Of a stretch of 64,000 nucleotides of DNA, positions 1-14,239 are shown one piece after another; position 1 is the first letter of the stretch; every line of letters starts with the position of its first letter. The notes under the pieces were generated by a model, which saw only the letters and a program-made list of their open reading frames with translations, was not told where the DNA came from and did no database searches. Made by a program: the position numbers and the translations under genes. The DNA comes from Callorhinchus milii (lineage: Eukaryota): contig NW_024704743.1 in assembly GCF_018977255.1 (NCBI RefSeq), positions 116,128,001 to 116,192,000 of the forward strand, in the 5' to 3' direction.

Positions 1-282
1 GTGGATTGACTGTGTGTATGTTGTGGGTTAAATGTGGCAGCCAGTTGCGCACAGCAAAGACCCACAAACAGTTATGGAGTGAGTGACTGATTTTATTTGG
101 GGGACTGTTGGTTAGCTCACCAGGAGAAACTGCCTTTTCTTTTCAAATAGTGCAGTGGGAGCTTTAATGTCCACCTGGACAGCCAGACGAGACCTCGGTT
201 TAACATCTCATCCAAAGGACAGCACCTTCGACAATGCAACACACCCCCAGCACTGCATTGGAGTGTCAGCTTAGAATAGGTG
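1..282 (-). mobile_element. Older DeuSINE/SacSINE1-like SINE, partial
   Basis: Reverse complement of the gatgagatgttaaaccgagg...caggtggac...gatcccac domain. Confidence 0.7.
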
Positions 283-1380
283 ACAGCTTAGTAACTAGTG
301 GTGGAGAGGCCCAGTTGTACCCTAAGAAAAAGAAAAAGGAGTCAAAACATCTTTAGAAGAGAAGCGAAATAAGAAACCTGAATTTGAGCCCTGAAGACAA
401 AATTGTTGACACGGTTGCGGCGTATTTATCAGCGGTGCTTGTTGTACATTGTATTTCCCGTTCATTTAGCAAATCAGACATAAGCTTCAGTCATTTGATG
501 CGGTTGGATCAATGTATTTATTCGAGCATACAAATCAGTTGCTGTAAATGCTGCTCTTGGCGACCGCACTACATTTAAACCCCAAAACCACCCAAGTATC
601 ACAAATGTGTTTGACCCAGCACAAAAACAGAAAGTAACCATTTACAACCTCCTCACCTGAAAGATGGTGGCACAAGATTGGATGTTTAACTGTTTGAGGC
701 CCTAGGCGCACTTCTATTACTAAAGCCCCCAAATAAGATAGCAACAAAATCAGGAGCAGAACGTTTGAAAGGGACACAGATAATACAGAGTGGGGTCAAT
801 GGCCCAGATTGTCTACTCCTTGCTGAATGTGTTACTATATTAAATAGTGTTTGCTTGATACAATTAAAATATTTCTCGGTGTTCCGGGAGTACCCTGTCC
901 AGAGCAACAACAACAACAAAATTACATTTGTATAGGGCCTTTCACATCGGGAGGACGTCCCAAGGCGCTGGACATATACAAAGCATATAATACATGGGTC
1001 TGCTATTCACCTTCCCCTTCAATTTAGACAACGTTACTAAGCAAAGTAAGTCGAAATGGATCTCACCTGGTAGGTAAATTCAGGGCGCTTGTGTAACTAA
1101 TTGTTAGTTGTCTGCGACTGGTGAATTTCATTCTGGAATCAGATTGCGAAATCTATCAGGTTGGGGACTTCTCTTCGTTTCACAGGAAGACCTGTCAGGT
1201 CCCTGCGTATGGGAAGAATCTCCCCGAGCCTTGCAATTAAGGTCAACATAGCTAGTGAACTAGCATACAATAATCCTCCTCTTCGATATAGGACCTTGTC
1301 ATGTCATCGAGGCATCTCAAAGCGCTTCAGGGTTCTTTCTCCTCATGCTCTCTACCCACCCACTCCAGCAGATCGACAAA

Positions 1381-1705
1381 ATAATAATAATAATAATCCT
1401 TGCATTTGATATAGCGCTTTTCACGTCAGGAGAATGTCCCAAAACGCTTCACAGAACACACTGTAAAGTGAATTGACTGTATATTTGTGGACGAACGCGG
1501 CAGCCAATTGCGCACAGCAATGTCCCACAAACAGTTGCAGATTGAAAATGACCAATTTATTATTGGTTTTGGTTTTGGAGGGATTATTATTAGGCTCTGT
1601 GTGGAGTAAGGAAACTTGCCCAAGGTTTCGCCCTCTGCCTGGAATTGAACTCAGGTCTCTCGCTTGCAAAGCGAGTGCTCTAACCACTGAGGTACAGGAC
1701 TCCAC
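1381..1705 (-). mobile_element. tRNA-Ala-headed SINE, young short subfamily
   Basis: tRNA-like head with A/B boxes, shared body, (TTA)n tail; near-identical to 14606-14936. Confidence 0.9.
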
Positions 1706-2402
1706 AAAATACATGACGTTCACACAGTCATCTAGTCACTGATCTACGAGTAACAGGATTCTGTGCAGAAGCGTGGCTTTCTTCCAAATGGTGCGTGTGA
1801 AATTAGTCCTGAGTCATTAGAGGTGCAGTCATATTTGTTACTGAGTAATTGTGAATAAAGCATCAATACCTGACTGAGCAATCGCCAGAGCAACTGTTGC
1901 AATTCTGGACTGGTTTATAATATGAATGATTCAAATTCATATGGCTTAATTCTGCTTTGTGGTGATTCCCCCCTTCTCTCTCTCTCTCTCTCTCTTGCTA
2001 TCTCACTCTGGCAAGTATTTTGTGTTTTTTTATTAATGGGGAGTCCTATGAAGTCTTATGAAAAATCCTGGGGAGATGAATTATTGAACAACAACAAGAT
2101 TCCATTTATAGAGCGCCTTTCACGTCGGGAGGAGGTCCCAAGGCGCTGGACAGTTGGATCAAGTCGGTGACAGACATTTGTTTAACCCTTTGGAGAAACC
2201 GTAGAGCTTTGATCAAGTGATCTTCTGACAATGGTGTTTACTCTTCAAAAACATGGCTCAAAAACAAGGGTTTGAGGTTAGAGAACCTCTCATTCCAAAG
2301 CTGTTGATTCACGAGGAGCTTGCGCTGAAAAGACTGTGAGCAATACTTGGTTTCAAATCCAGCCCTGACGCGTACATGTATGGCTCAGGCAACGTGGATT
2401 CA

Positions 2403-2815
2403 GGTGTTGACCTAGCTCAGTTAGTAGTGCTCTTGCTTTTGAGTCACAATGTTGTGGGTTCAAGCCTCACATTAGGACTTTGAACTCACACCTTACACTT
2501 CAGTACAATGCTGATTGAGTGCTGCATTGTTGGAGCTGTTGCCTTTCGGATGAAATGTTAAACCCATCTGCCTGTTCAGGTAGACTTAAGGATCCCACAG
2601 TACCATTTGAAAAGAACAAAGGAGTTTTCTCCCAGGTGTCCTGGCCCAAAATACCCAGAAAAAATTGATCATTCACTTCATGGCTGTTTGTGGGAAATTG
2701 CTGTGCCCAAATTGGCTGCCATGTTTGCCACAAGGATTATAGTCACTTCCCAATAAATCCTGCAAAGCGCTTTGAGATATCCTCCTCGATATAAAAGGTG
2801 CTATTTCAAATCAAC
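2403..2815 (+). mobile_element. Older DeuSINE/SacSINE1-like SINE, near full length
   Basis: tRNA-like head, Deu-like central domain, L2-like tail. Confidence 0.75.
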
Positions 2816-3253
2816 AACAACAACAATTTTACATTAATGTAGCACCTTCTTCAACTCCAAGTGTGAGGGATTTAAAGGTGAGAACAAGGAGCTTGAATTT
2901 GAGCTGCTGGTGGAATGGGGAGCCAGTGGAGGGATTACTATTATTATTAGTCCCATGAGTTTGGGATTCATTTGAAAAGCAGGGAAAAGAGTCCCATTGC
3001 AGTTTACTCTTTACACTTAGACCACAGAGGCTGGCTGTTTCTGGTGATCCAGAGCATTTATTATTTCAGCTGGGAATGAGGAGCTTGGCTGACATTCTGG
3101 AACAGCAATCGGAATCCAGCTGCAGCTCCCAGGTTAACTCTCGACAACGGGATCATTGTTGGACGTGTCAGCCTCACTCAATTGCTAGCATTCTCGCCAT
3201 TGGGTAACAAACCTGTGGGTTCAAGCCCCACCCCGGGGCTTTGAGCTCTCAGT

Positions 3254-4312
3254 CTGACATCTGACCTGTACAATGGGAAGATGAAGGGATTGAGGTGCTT
3301 TATCCAGTCAATGCAAGTGATTTCTTTCCATCTAATAACACATCTCACCTAAGAGGACTCTGGTCCAGTGCAGGGGAATGGGGAGAATGAGAACTCCTGC
3401 ACTCTCAGATGTGCTGTGTTTCCAGTCCCACCTGCCTGTTCAGCTGGAAATATAAGATCCCCTTGGCACTATTTGGAAAGAAAGGGGAGTTTGTCCTGAT
3501 GTCCTGGGTAATAAAATATTGAGTCGTTCACTATATGGTTGCCACACTGCCTACAAATCACTACAATTTTAGCAGCAATGAGCATGTTTTGGCACTACAG
3601 GCTCTAAACCTAATGCAAGGCTTAATATTTCCTATTTCTGAGAAAATCTGTTAAAAACAGTCTCAGTACATTCCTAAATTTGTCAGTCTTCTCCAGTGAT
3701 ACCATGAGACTAGAGAGCTGGAAATCAAATAACAATCCTCTAATTCTTACATCTGATACAGCACCTGAGCATGTTGTTGAAACATCTGAAAATGCTTCAC
3801 TGGATTTACTCTAAGGTACAGTAACTATGTAATTTGCAGGTGAACACGCCAACCTATAAGAACATAGCATTGCCCCCACAAGCAGCCATGAATTGAATGA
3901 TCAATGTTACCTGTCGTCCAGGACTCATGGAGAAAATCCCTTCTTTTTTCCAATATCCAATAGGGCCTAATGTCCATCTGAGCAGGCAGATGGGACTTCA
4001 GTTTAACATCTCATCAAAAGGTTGGCACTCCCGACAATGCAATAGAGTGCAGTTTGCATTTATGTAGTGTGTTTCATGTTGGTTGGATGTCTCAAAGGCC
4101 TCAAAACTGCTGTCTGGGCACCAAGCTCAGCACTGGAGTATCGGCTGAGACTGAGCTCAAAGTGGGGCTTGAACTCACAACCTTCTGATGTAGAGGCGAA
4201 TGTGCTCCCAACTGAGCCAGACTGACATCTGACTTGTACAATGAAGGGGTTGAGATGCTTTATCGAGGCAATGCAAGTGATCTCTTTCCATCTGTTTAAT
4301 AACCTGACCTAA
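3254..4312 (+). repeat. Local ~90-bp direct duplication (3254-3352 and 4222-4312)
   Basis: ctgacatctgacYtgtacaatg...gctttatc...caatgcaagtgatYtctttccatct in both. Confidence 0.85.
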
Positions 4313-5309
4313 AAGCACTTGATTCTATTGCCTTCATGCTGTGATGATTACATGAATATATAAAGGACCATCTAAAAAATTGCTTAATATGATATGCAGG
4401 TTTGTTAATAACTTTGACCATTAACAAATTCAGACAATCCTTTTTATTGTCTTTAATTCTCTCAAATACCCGGAAGACCCGCGGTTCATTCATCTTAGTG
4501 ACTTTTTGTTTCATTTTAATTTAATTTATATTTTTAAAACCTCATTACAATTATTTGTAGACATTTTCAGTGAATTTATCAAAAAGCCCAGCAAATGTCA
4601 ACAAATTGCTTATGTTAAACAAGCAGGACAAGTCAACCTCCTGTCTCACTTGTATCTGTGTGCTTCCTTACTCTCTGTGTCTCTTAGTCTCTCTTCAACT
4701 GAGCCACTCTGAAATTTCAGCAGAGCTTATCTTACAAGTCTGATTCCTTGCTTGGCAAATGCGTTTTGTAAGGTATATTTTTTCATCTTCCATTCAGAGT
4801 ATAAATTGCACAATGAATTATTAAATGGGCCGTTTGCTGCAAACATTTACAAATTGGCTAATTTATCCCTACTTTACATTGAAAAGAATTATGCTCCGAG
4901 CATCCTTGTGATTCAAAGGATGAACCTTGCCTTTCAGAACTTAATGTGTATCTATATGAGGTGAACTCATCAGAAAACATCACCTGTTATCACAGTCAAG
5001 CCCATTCCTGACCTTACACAGGCTCCATACATCAGGGCAGAACAGGGGGATAGGCCTGTGGACAAGCCTGAGATTTCTCATGACCTGAAATACTGTCTTA
5101 AAATGTAGGACCATGTGAGGATTCTTTTTGGAAAAATTCCTAAATTTAGCCTTAAGTCAGGAGCTGGCAATTTCAAAATTCTAAGCATAATCAACAACAA
5201 CGTGCATTTATTTAGCGCCCTTCACTCGGGCAGCGTATCGGACCGTTAAATAGGGGTGCAGGCTAACACCAAGCCAGGGAGAGCGAGGAAGTGACTGTAA
5301 GCAATAAGC

Positions 5310-5680
5310 AATGTGGATTCAAGCCCTATTTTGGGACTTTGAAATCATGTAGTCTAGGCTGACACTCCAGTGCAGTGCTGGGGAAGCGTTTCATTGGAAG
5401 AGATTTGCGTGCTTCTTTGCGTGATACTGAGGGCCCATTTGCCCATTCAGGTGGACGTTAAAGATCCCACAGCACTATTTGAAAAGAGAAGGGAGTTTCT
5501 CTCGGAGTCCTGGCCAACAGATAAAATTGGTCATTCACTTCATGCCTGTTTGCAAATTGGTTGTCCCGATCGACTACAAAATACACTGTCACTACACTTT
5601 ACAATAAATCCTGTGAAGCGCTTGAAACATCCTCCCAACATTAAAGGTACTGTATCAAATGGAAGAATTCTTAATATTAT
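5310..5680 (+). mobile_element. Older Deu-type SINE
   Basis: aggctgacactccagtgcagtgctgggga...caggtggacgttaaagatcccacagcactattt. Confidence 0.75.
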
Positions 5681-6949
5681 CAAATGAATTTTCATTATTT
5701 TGACGTGTTCTGTGTCATTCAAGTCTGATAGTCGGTCAGTTTTGCTCATATGCTTCCCTGTATATTACCATAACATCATGACTCATTACAGTAAATAGAT
5801 TAAAGTATTATCCACAATCACACACTCTGGAGGCTGGAATACTTTGCAGCTCAAAATAGTGTGTCAAGTGCTGACAATGCTTGTACTTGTATTGATAGGA
5901 GATAGGTTTTGTGTTCAATGGGATGGCACTGATGGTGGTTACGGCAAATATACCATAAAGTGCAGTTTCCCATTATTTCTGTTAAGCAGCCTTTACTTTA
6001 TAGAGCAGGGGCGGCTGCATTTTGTGACTTTGCTAGCGCTTGAAATTAGGCTCTGATGGGACATCTCCAAGTAACCCCGGTTTCACTAACGGATATGATG
6101 GCAACAAAACCTTTTGCAACTGGGATCCGAAATCTTTTGAGTGTTCACTTTGGCTACACCAGCGTAGGCTTCACAAAGTGAATCAACAACAGCAACTTGG
6201 ATTTATATAGCGCCCTTCATGCTATCTCGGCGTTTCGGAGCCAATGTGACCTTAATGGGAAGATCGCAGAGCATATAGACAAGATTGATGGAGTGCAGGA
6301 CAATAGTATGCAAGCTTGATATCTGCGTGTCTATGCGCAATATCATGCGTTTGATCTACTGTGGAAAATAAATGTCATGCACTCTTGACTATTCATCACT
6401 TACATGAAATCATAGTAATTTATTGGTACAAATCAGGAGGAATTTTGTCAGCAGCAGAGCTTCCTGCAATGCTTCTGCTGTCAGACAGCAGGTTGCTCAC
6501 CTATGTCAGGCTCTTTAGATGCACACCAGGCATTTTTTTTCCTCAATGAGTAGAAGTGATGAGTAAAACTGTTTGTTGTCGGCTCACTGACCTGCAAAGC
6601 CCATCTCCTCTCAACCAGTTTGTTGCAGATGTTCTGCTGAGCGGGCAGCAACCAGCAGGCAGATGGGAAAGCCCAAAGGGTGTAAAATTCATCATGATAC
6701 TCCTCAGCCCTTTTTTTTTAACAACACTGACCCTGATTGTTGCCGTAAGGTGTAATACTAGCCTGATACGTTATGCTTTCAAGAGAAATGGAAAGCCTTA
6801 CAGCTTGCAGAAAGAGCTATTTTATTTTCTCTTTCTCTCTCTCTCTCGCTCAATTTAATTTTGTACCCTTTATGGGCGCGGAGATTGAGCTAACGGCCAG
6901 CTGGGTGAACGTCTATAATAGTCAACTAGCTGTTACAAGCTCCATGTCT

Positions 6950-7262
6950 GGACTTGGAACTCATATAGTCTAAGCTGACACTCCAGTGTAGTACGTGGAA
7001 GCACTGCATTGCAGGAGATGCCGTCCTTCCGATGAGACATTAAACAGAGGGCCTGACAGCCTCTTCAGGTGGACGTTTAAGATCTCATCTTAGAAAAGAG
7101 AACAGAGTTTCTTGTGGTGTCCTTGATTGTTCACTTCATGGCTGTTTGGGGAACATTTCAGTGTGTAAATAGACTGCCACGTTTGCCTACAAATACAGTA
7201 ACTACACATTGAGATGTCATCAACATTATAGGCATTATATCAAATGCAAGGATTATTATTGT
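6950..7262 (+). mobile_element. Older Deu-type SINE
   Basis: Same central domain and caaatgcaaggattatt tail. Confidence 0.72.
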
Positions 7263-8643
7263 GGTATTGCATCCAGAATTTGCTGAATGACAATGATGTT
7301 GGAATGTCTAGTGTTGTTTTGTATTGTCCTGTTGTACCGGATTGCCCCTCTATTGCACTGAGCCTGAATATCTCTTCTTTGTTATATCGACAGTCTTTTA
7401 CCTTAGTTACCTTTCTAGAACATTCCTATATTGTGTAAATATACGTTGCTGTACTGGGTATGGAGTCACGTGTATGGCATCCATCCAAACGTACTGTGGA
7501 GCAGCAGCCTGGAGTGTAATCATGAAGGGCCTGAAATCACCACCCACTGAATCAGCGGAGTGACTCCAATGCTGAGCCAGGCTGATACAATATAAAATTA
7601 CATTTGTATTGCGCCTTTCACGTCGGGAAGATGATACACAGCAAGTTCCTCTTCTGATGCTCCCCTTTCATCTCATCTCCTTTCCAGAGGTGATGCTGAG
7701 CACCAATCACTGACGTTGAAGAGAGCATGGGGAGAGGTTTGGGTATGTCAGGGACAGTGCACAGAGCAGCATGTGGGCTCCAATGTGTAGTTATAGTATA
7801 CAATTATTCTTTAAAAGCCAATACGGTGTATAATGGCTGGTGTAACACAGAGAACCCCCATGCCTAATACTGCAGTGAATGATAATCTACTTCAGTCAGA
7901 ACCAGCATGGATCCTGGCAGTCGGTGGTAGTGAGGAAACATCGGTTGCTTTAGTTTTCCTTTGTCACAGATCATTGAGCTATCCCCGTGCCTCAGGCAAA
8001 CTGTACATCTGCCGCAGCACAAGACGCAGATGTACGTTCGTTTATTCATTCATTCATTTATTCGTTCATTTCTTCGTTCGTTCTTTCTGGGCTTTGTTTC
8101 CATAGCAAAGAGATTGCTTTTTACCAAACCGGCATAAATGGTTGCTTTACCAATTTTGTACAGAAATGGCTATACGTTCCCTACCCCCCACCACCCTCCA
8201 TCCCTTTTGCAAGGGATGTGGATGGGGTCAGGCAAGTGGTGGAGAGTAGCGATTGCTGGGGAAGGGGAGGAGTGGGAAAGAGGCAAATGGCATCCAACCA
8301 AAGTAAGATACCATCCTCCTCTTACCCAGTGATGATTGTTCAAGAGGATTGAAGGCCCCAGAATTTCGCATGGTCTCAGCTGTAAGACCATCAACTTTTA
8401 GATTTAAGATTTTTGTGTGTAATCCTTATATTAAAAAAAAGCTTCCTAAACAAGACCGAATTGAAGGGTTTTCATGAATTCAACATAACGTTAAATTTTG
8501 AGACAAAATTACGTGAAATTACGGCCTCACAAAGTCTTGGCCGTGATTCCAGAGCAGTGCAAAGGGAGGTGGTTCTGCATCATTGTGTGATGGATGCTCT
8601 CGATCAGGGAATCAAAGCAACAAACAGCTCCAATATTTCACTC

Positions 8644-9000
8644 AACAGCAACAACTTGCACTTATATAGCGCCCTCCATCCAGGCTAGTGTCATGGAGCA
8701 ACTTAACAGGGGCAGAGCCTGACTCTGCCTGTTCAGGTGGCTGATAAAAATCCCCGAGCCCGGGGGGAGGTGGCTGTAAGCACGGTCGAAGAGCAAAGCT
8801 TATGGCGGTACTTGCAAGAGGGGGCAAGGCGGAGGGATTAAGGAAGAGTGTTCCAGAGTTTTAGGGGCCAGTGCCAGTCGAGCGAAGGCGCCAGGTGATG
8901 GACTGAGGAGTGAGAAGGACAGAGAGGTAGGGAGGTGCCAGGGGGTGAATGGATTTGAACACGAGTGTGAGGAAATTGAAGTCGAATTTCCACCCACCGT
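8644..9000 (-). mobile_element. Diverged L2 3' fragment
   Basis: aacagcaacaacttgcacttatatagcgcc tail and similarity to the ORF2 end. Confidence 0.65.
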
Positions 9001-9003
9001 GGA

Positions 9004-9440
9004 AGTGTCCAGCCTAGCTCAGTTGATAGCACGCTCACCTCTGAGTCAGAAGTTTGTTGGTTCAAGCACCACACTGGGACTTTGAGCTCATATATTCTAG
9101 CCTGATCCTCCAATGCAGTGCTGGGGTTGTGTTTCATTGTCAGACTGCGGTCCTTCGAATGAGATGTTAAACCGAGGTCTGCCGGTTCAGGTGGCTGATA
9201 AAGATCCCCGTGGCATTATTCAAAAAGAGAAGGGAATTTCTCCCAGTCTCATAGCCAACAATCCCCCAGATATAATTGGTCATTCCCTTGATGGCTGTTT
9301 GCAGGGCATTGTTGTGTGCAAATTGGCTGCCACATTGACCTACAAAATACATGGTCACTACACTTTACATTGAGTCCTTTGCGACATCCTCCTGACGTGA
9401 AAGGCGCAATATCAAGCACAAGAATTGTTATTATTATTGA
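9004..9440 (+). mobile_element. Older Deu-type SINE, full length
   Basis: Head cagcctagctcagttgatagcac...ggttcaagc, central domain, tail. Confidence 0.8.
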
Positions 9441-10293
9441 AAGGATTAGCCGCAGCTCATCCCTGGTTCTGCTGCTCCCCAAGGTGCCGGGACTTGAAAG
9501 GGAAGGGCAGCTGAGGAAGCGGAAACTCTGCCCGCTTTGTGTTTACTGGATCTTTGCTCTCACAGCTACGCCCAATTTACTGTACCTCACCCGCGATTAA
9601 TGCCTTTTATCTCTTTCCCTCTGCTGAGCATCTCTGAGTGTGTTCCCTGGTGGGTTATGTAGCCACATGGAGTTCACAGCCTGTAACCCGAGATCCAGCG
9701 CAGTGAGCCGTGGCTGTGATAACACTTGGAATACTCGACATTGTTTGGGTACTTTTGTCACAGATCATAGGAAGTTTATAGCACAAATAATTTCCCTTCA
9801 GACCATTGTGTTTGTGCTGATGGTGACTCTTGAACGGGAGCTCTCTTCTCTAAACCCATTCCCTTGCTCTTTCTTGATCATGTCTGTGCTGGAGCAATCT
9901 ACTCTTATGACCTACTCCTGTTCTTTCTCGATCATCTCTGTGTTTGGAGCTTTCTTCTCTCGTCCCATTCATCTAGTCTTTCCCAATTATGAACTGAAAT
10001 CTGATTTGCTCACTTGTACTCCTTCTCCCTCCTACCTACCTACCACCTCCTACCCAAAGATACTATCTCCTTCCTTCCAATTCCTATTCCCACTACCTCC
10101 CTCCTATTCGCATTTCTCCTCCAACCAACGCTATAACCAATAGAGTCTAGATTTCACCCTCTACTCAGCAGATCAACCCCAGGAAAAAAAACGGATAACA
10201 TTTTACAATTACTCTCACCTCCACCTTCGCTTTGACACAAATGGGAGCAAACCAGGTCTGAAGAGTAACAGGCCACTTCCCGGGAAGAGAGCT

Positions 10294-10308
10294 CTGCCAT
10301 CTAGTGGC
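10294..10308 (-). promoter_or_regulatory. Candidate CTCF binding site
   Basis: Minus strand reads GCCACTAGATGGCAG, matching the CCACYAGRKGGCR core; lies outside recognisable repeats. Confidence 0.6.
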
Positions 10309-11614
10309 TGTTTACATGTAAATGAACACAACATTGGGTATTTAAAACACTGCAAACTTTACTCCAATATAATAATACTAACTATAATACTTTGATATTT
10401 GCGTTTGATATAGCACCTTATCATGTCGTTGAGACGTCTCAAAGCACTTCACAGAATATATTGTAGAGTGGAGTGACTGGGTATTTTGTGGGCAAAAATA
10501 TAACAGCTTCAGGCATGGGTAAGCCCTTGATATAATAATAATCATAACAATAATAATAATAATAATTCTTGCATTTGATATAGCATCTTATTTTGTTGTT
10601 GAGACACCTCAAAGTGCATCACAGGATACACTGTAAAGTGTTGTATCTGGTGTATTTTGATCCCTCTAAGTTTACCCATCTAACATTCCAAAAATTCATT
10701 CAGCGCATCCATCCATTTCATCACTTAATAGCTACAAATCCACTCAACTTCCAGGAATGTGTTTGTTTCCTTTTCAAAACCCTTTGTAGTTCCTTAAATG
10801 AGATTAAGCTGAAGCAAAGTGACTGCTCGATTGGTGGAGTGGAATGGGAGGGCTCTCAACACTCCCCACTGCTAACAATGGGACACGTCAGGGAGAAAGG
10901 ATGCACCTGCCCCCATTCAATACACGCAGTGGATGCAGGACCACATCTCTTTCTTCAATTCAAATAAACAGATGTATTTTTAGATTGAATAGGCTGCTTT
11001 GTCTCGGTCCACTGTATGCTCGGGGGAGAGAATCCAACCAGGGTTCCAGCGTTTCAGCCGAGAGGTACAATCCAGGCATTTTACTGACAGGACTGAGATT
11101 TCTTTAGATTCAACGGTAACGAAGCTCTGAGCCAAGAAGTAGAAAAGGCTTGAGAGCAGTGCCTTTAAGCCTTACTATCTGGTGAGAATAATAATAACAA
11201 TAATAATAATAATAAAACTTGAATTTGGTATAGTGGCTTTCTTGTAAGGAGGGATGTCCCAAAGCGCTTCATAGGATTCACTCTAAAGTGTAGTGACTCT
11301 GTATTTTGTTGGCGAACACAGCAGCCGTTTTGTGTATAGCAAATGTCCCATAAAACAGACATGAAGTGAAGCACCAATTGTTGGCCAGGATGTTGAGAGA
11401 AACTCCCTTCTCTGTTCATCCACTTGAAAAGATCTTAGTTTAACATCTTGTCTGAAGACAAAGGAAAAGAAGCATTGAGTTCATAGAAATTTATAACACA
11501 TCAGCACCTGATCTCAGAGCAAGGTGTTGATTCAATCCCACTGCCTTGCCCTATCCCCATACCCTTCAAGCCCCTAACTTTCACATACCTGTCTACTTTC
11601 TCCTTTACTATCCA

Positions 11615-11910
11615 CAAAAGCCTCCTCCCCCGTCCAGCCCGCCCCACCATCAGCAGTCAGGCCTTCAACTTTTCTGCCCCCACCCTATGGAACTCAATCC
11701 CATATTCCCTTTGCCTTGCTCCCTCACTTGCCACCTTCAAGCCACGTCTCAAAACCCTCCTCTTCAACTGAGCCTTCAGGCACCTCCTACCCTCCCTGTC
11801 CTCCACCCTCCCCGATCCTGACCCCCAACTAGAATCCCTGACTATCCAGCACCTTGGGACGTCCTCCCGACGTGAAAGAAGCTATACAAATGTAATTTTG
11901 TATTGTATTA
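11615..11910 (+). mobile_element. L2 LINE 3' end
   Basis: Ends cagcaccttgggacgtcctcccgacgtgaaag...caaatgtaattttg. Confidence 0.8.
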
Positions 11911-13653
11911 TACCACCTTACGTGTCAAGCCATTCCACCTCTTAACAACTGCTAAGCTCTCCTTTTATTCTTCTTGCAACCACTTATAACTATATCCCGA
12001 AGTCAGTGACTCCCTGACTGAGGTTTTGTTTGGTGGGGAAAGGGAAGGAAGTGAGTGGCTGAGTCTCTGGTGACACAAGTTGATCCCTGGCTTGGAAGTG
12101 AGGATGTCAGTCACCAGCACTCTGGGCCAAGGATGTAGCGTCTACAGTAGCAGGAAGTCTATCACTCTGAGGCCCTGTGTCAGTGCCCTGATCAGTGCTA
12201 TTTTTATGCTGCGTGAACCTGAACCCCCGGTGCATTGTTGTGCAGAAACACCAGTCCGATTGTCTACAGCGAGTTAATAACCTGCTGCTTTCCCCTCGCA
12301 ACCCGGCTCACATGGGCAACTGCGTCATGGGAAACAGATGGGGAAGATGGCTATTGTGAGGAGAGCAGGATTAAAGCCCCAGAAATGCCCTGCTCTGAGG
12401 TCAGGGTTAAGTCTCACAACAACACTCACCATGGTTTCTTCACACAATCAAGCATCTGAGGTCCTCCTAAAAATCCTCACTATTTTACAAATATATATAA
12501 ATTAATAAACAATCCTTGCACTTGATAGAGCACCTTTCACATTTGGAGGAAATCTCAAAGTGCTTCACAGGGTTTTACTGTAAAATGTAGTGACTGAGTA
12601 TTTTTGCAGGCAAACGGGCAGCAGTGTCCCACATTGGGAATATGGGAATAAGAAGCTATTTCGGCTCTTCGTGTTGGCTCTTCCGGTTGCACATGTCATT
12701 ACCTGGCTGTGGAAGTTGGCAAGTAACTGTCAACCGGGGAATGCCATGCATAGGAGTTAACATTTATACCGGGTAATAAAGGCCTGAAATTAATCCAGTA
12801 AGAATGTAGTGAGAAGAAGAACGAGGTTCTGCTATTAAGTGCAGTGGCTGTTATTGTAGGTGGATGCGGCAACTATTTTGTACACAGCAAGGGCCCACAA
12901 ACAACTGCTAGGGTTGTTGAAATTCCATTTTCTCTTCAAATAGGTGGATCTTTCAAGGACAGGCAAACACAGATTTTGGGTCTGGCTTCTTATCTGAAAG
13001 GCAATACATCTGACAATACAATGTTCCCCTTCCCCACAGAACCACACTGGAGCATTAACAACAACTTGCATTTATATAGCGCTGATAATAATAATAAATA
13101 ATCCTTGCATTTGATATAGCGCCTTTTCATGTCGTTGAGACGTCTCAAAGCGCTTCACAGAATACATTGTATATACTCTTCACTCAGTGTAGCATCTCAG
13201 AGCTCTGAAAAAGCCCAGACCACGACCTCAAAGGCCCAATGTGGGGCTTGAATCCGCAGTTTTCTGACTCAGAGATGAGGGGGCTGCCAACCAAGCCAGG
13301 CTGGACACCTGAAGGATAGGGAATGGTCGCACATTATTTTCGCTTGACCAGCAGCCAGTTACCAGACGTATTACTGTTTTTTTTTAGTTCAAGCCTGAGC
13401 ATACTTTAGATTGTAGAGATCTAACACTATTTGTCATACTCTGACAGCTGGAACCACATGTGTTTATCATTGTCTACTCTCCCCAGGTGATTTGTCACAT
13501 TCTCCAACACTGTCACTGGGTGATGTGCTCATCTCTGGCTCTCTGTAGCGATCCAAGGAATCTCAGCCTTGCACACCGACTCACTTACTGAATAAGAAGA
13601 GGGGCTATTGGACGTGATAAAATGTCAGGAAGGAATCAGGGGAGCTTTATTTA

Positions 13654-13980
13654 TAATAATAATAATAATAATCCTTGCATTTGATATAGCGCTTTTCACG
13701 TCGGGAGGACGTCCCAAAGCGCTTCACAGAACACACTGTAAAGTGAATTGACTGTATATTTGTGGGCGAACGCGCAGCCAATTGCGCACAGCAATGTCCC
13801 ACAAACAGTCGTAGATTGAAAATGACCAATTTAATTATTTTTTTTTTTGGAGGGATTATTATTAGGCGTGTGGAGTAAGGAAACTTGCCCAAGGTTTCGC
13901 CCTGCCTGGAATTGAACTCAGGTCTCTCACTTGCAAAGCGAGTGCTCTAACCACTGAGCTACAGGACTCCACAGGACTCC
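13654..13980 (-). mobile_element. tRNA-Ala-headed SINE, young short subfamily, with 10-bp tandem duplication (acaggactcc x2) at its 5' end
   Basis: Reverse complement matches 14606-14936 almost throughout. Confidence 0.9.
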
Positions 13981-14239
13981 AAAATAATTCTTTCCATTTG
14001 TTGTAACATGAGTAAGATCGGACTCCTTTATAGAAAGGTGAATCATTTTACTTTGAGTTCCATTGCTTTGGCTTGCCAGTGCTTGCCCAGGACTTCCATT
14101 CAAACCAATCCAACACACACCTCACTTCTATCTTGTCAGGAACACACTGGCCATCGATTTTTGTTTGGTCAGCCGGGTGTCTGACACAGGCTTAAAAAAA
14201 CATTACCGCGATTAGGGGACTCCAAACCAAATTACTTGT

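Noticed and set aside
9640..10143. 167-aa hydrophobic ORF
   Set aside because: Explained by pyrimidine-rich low-complexity sequence; no family similarity recognised.
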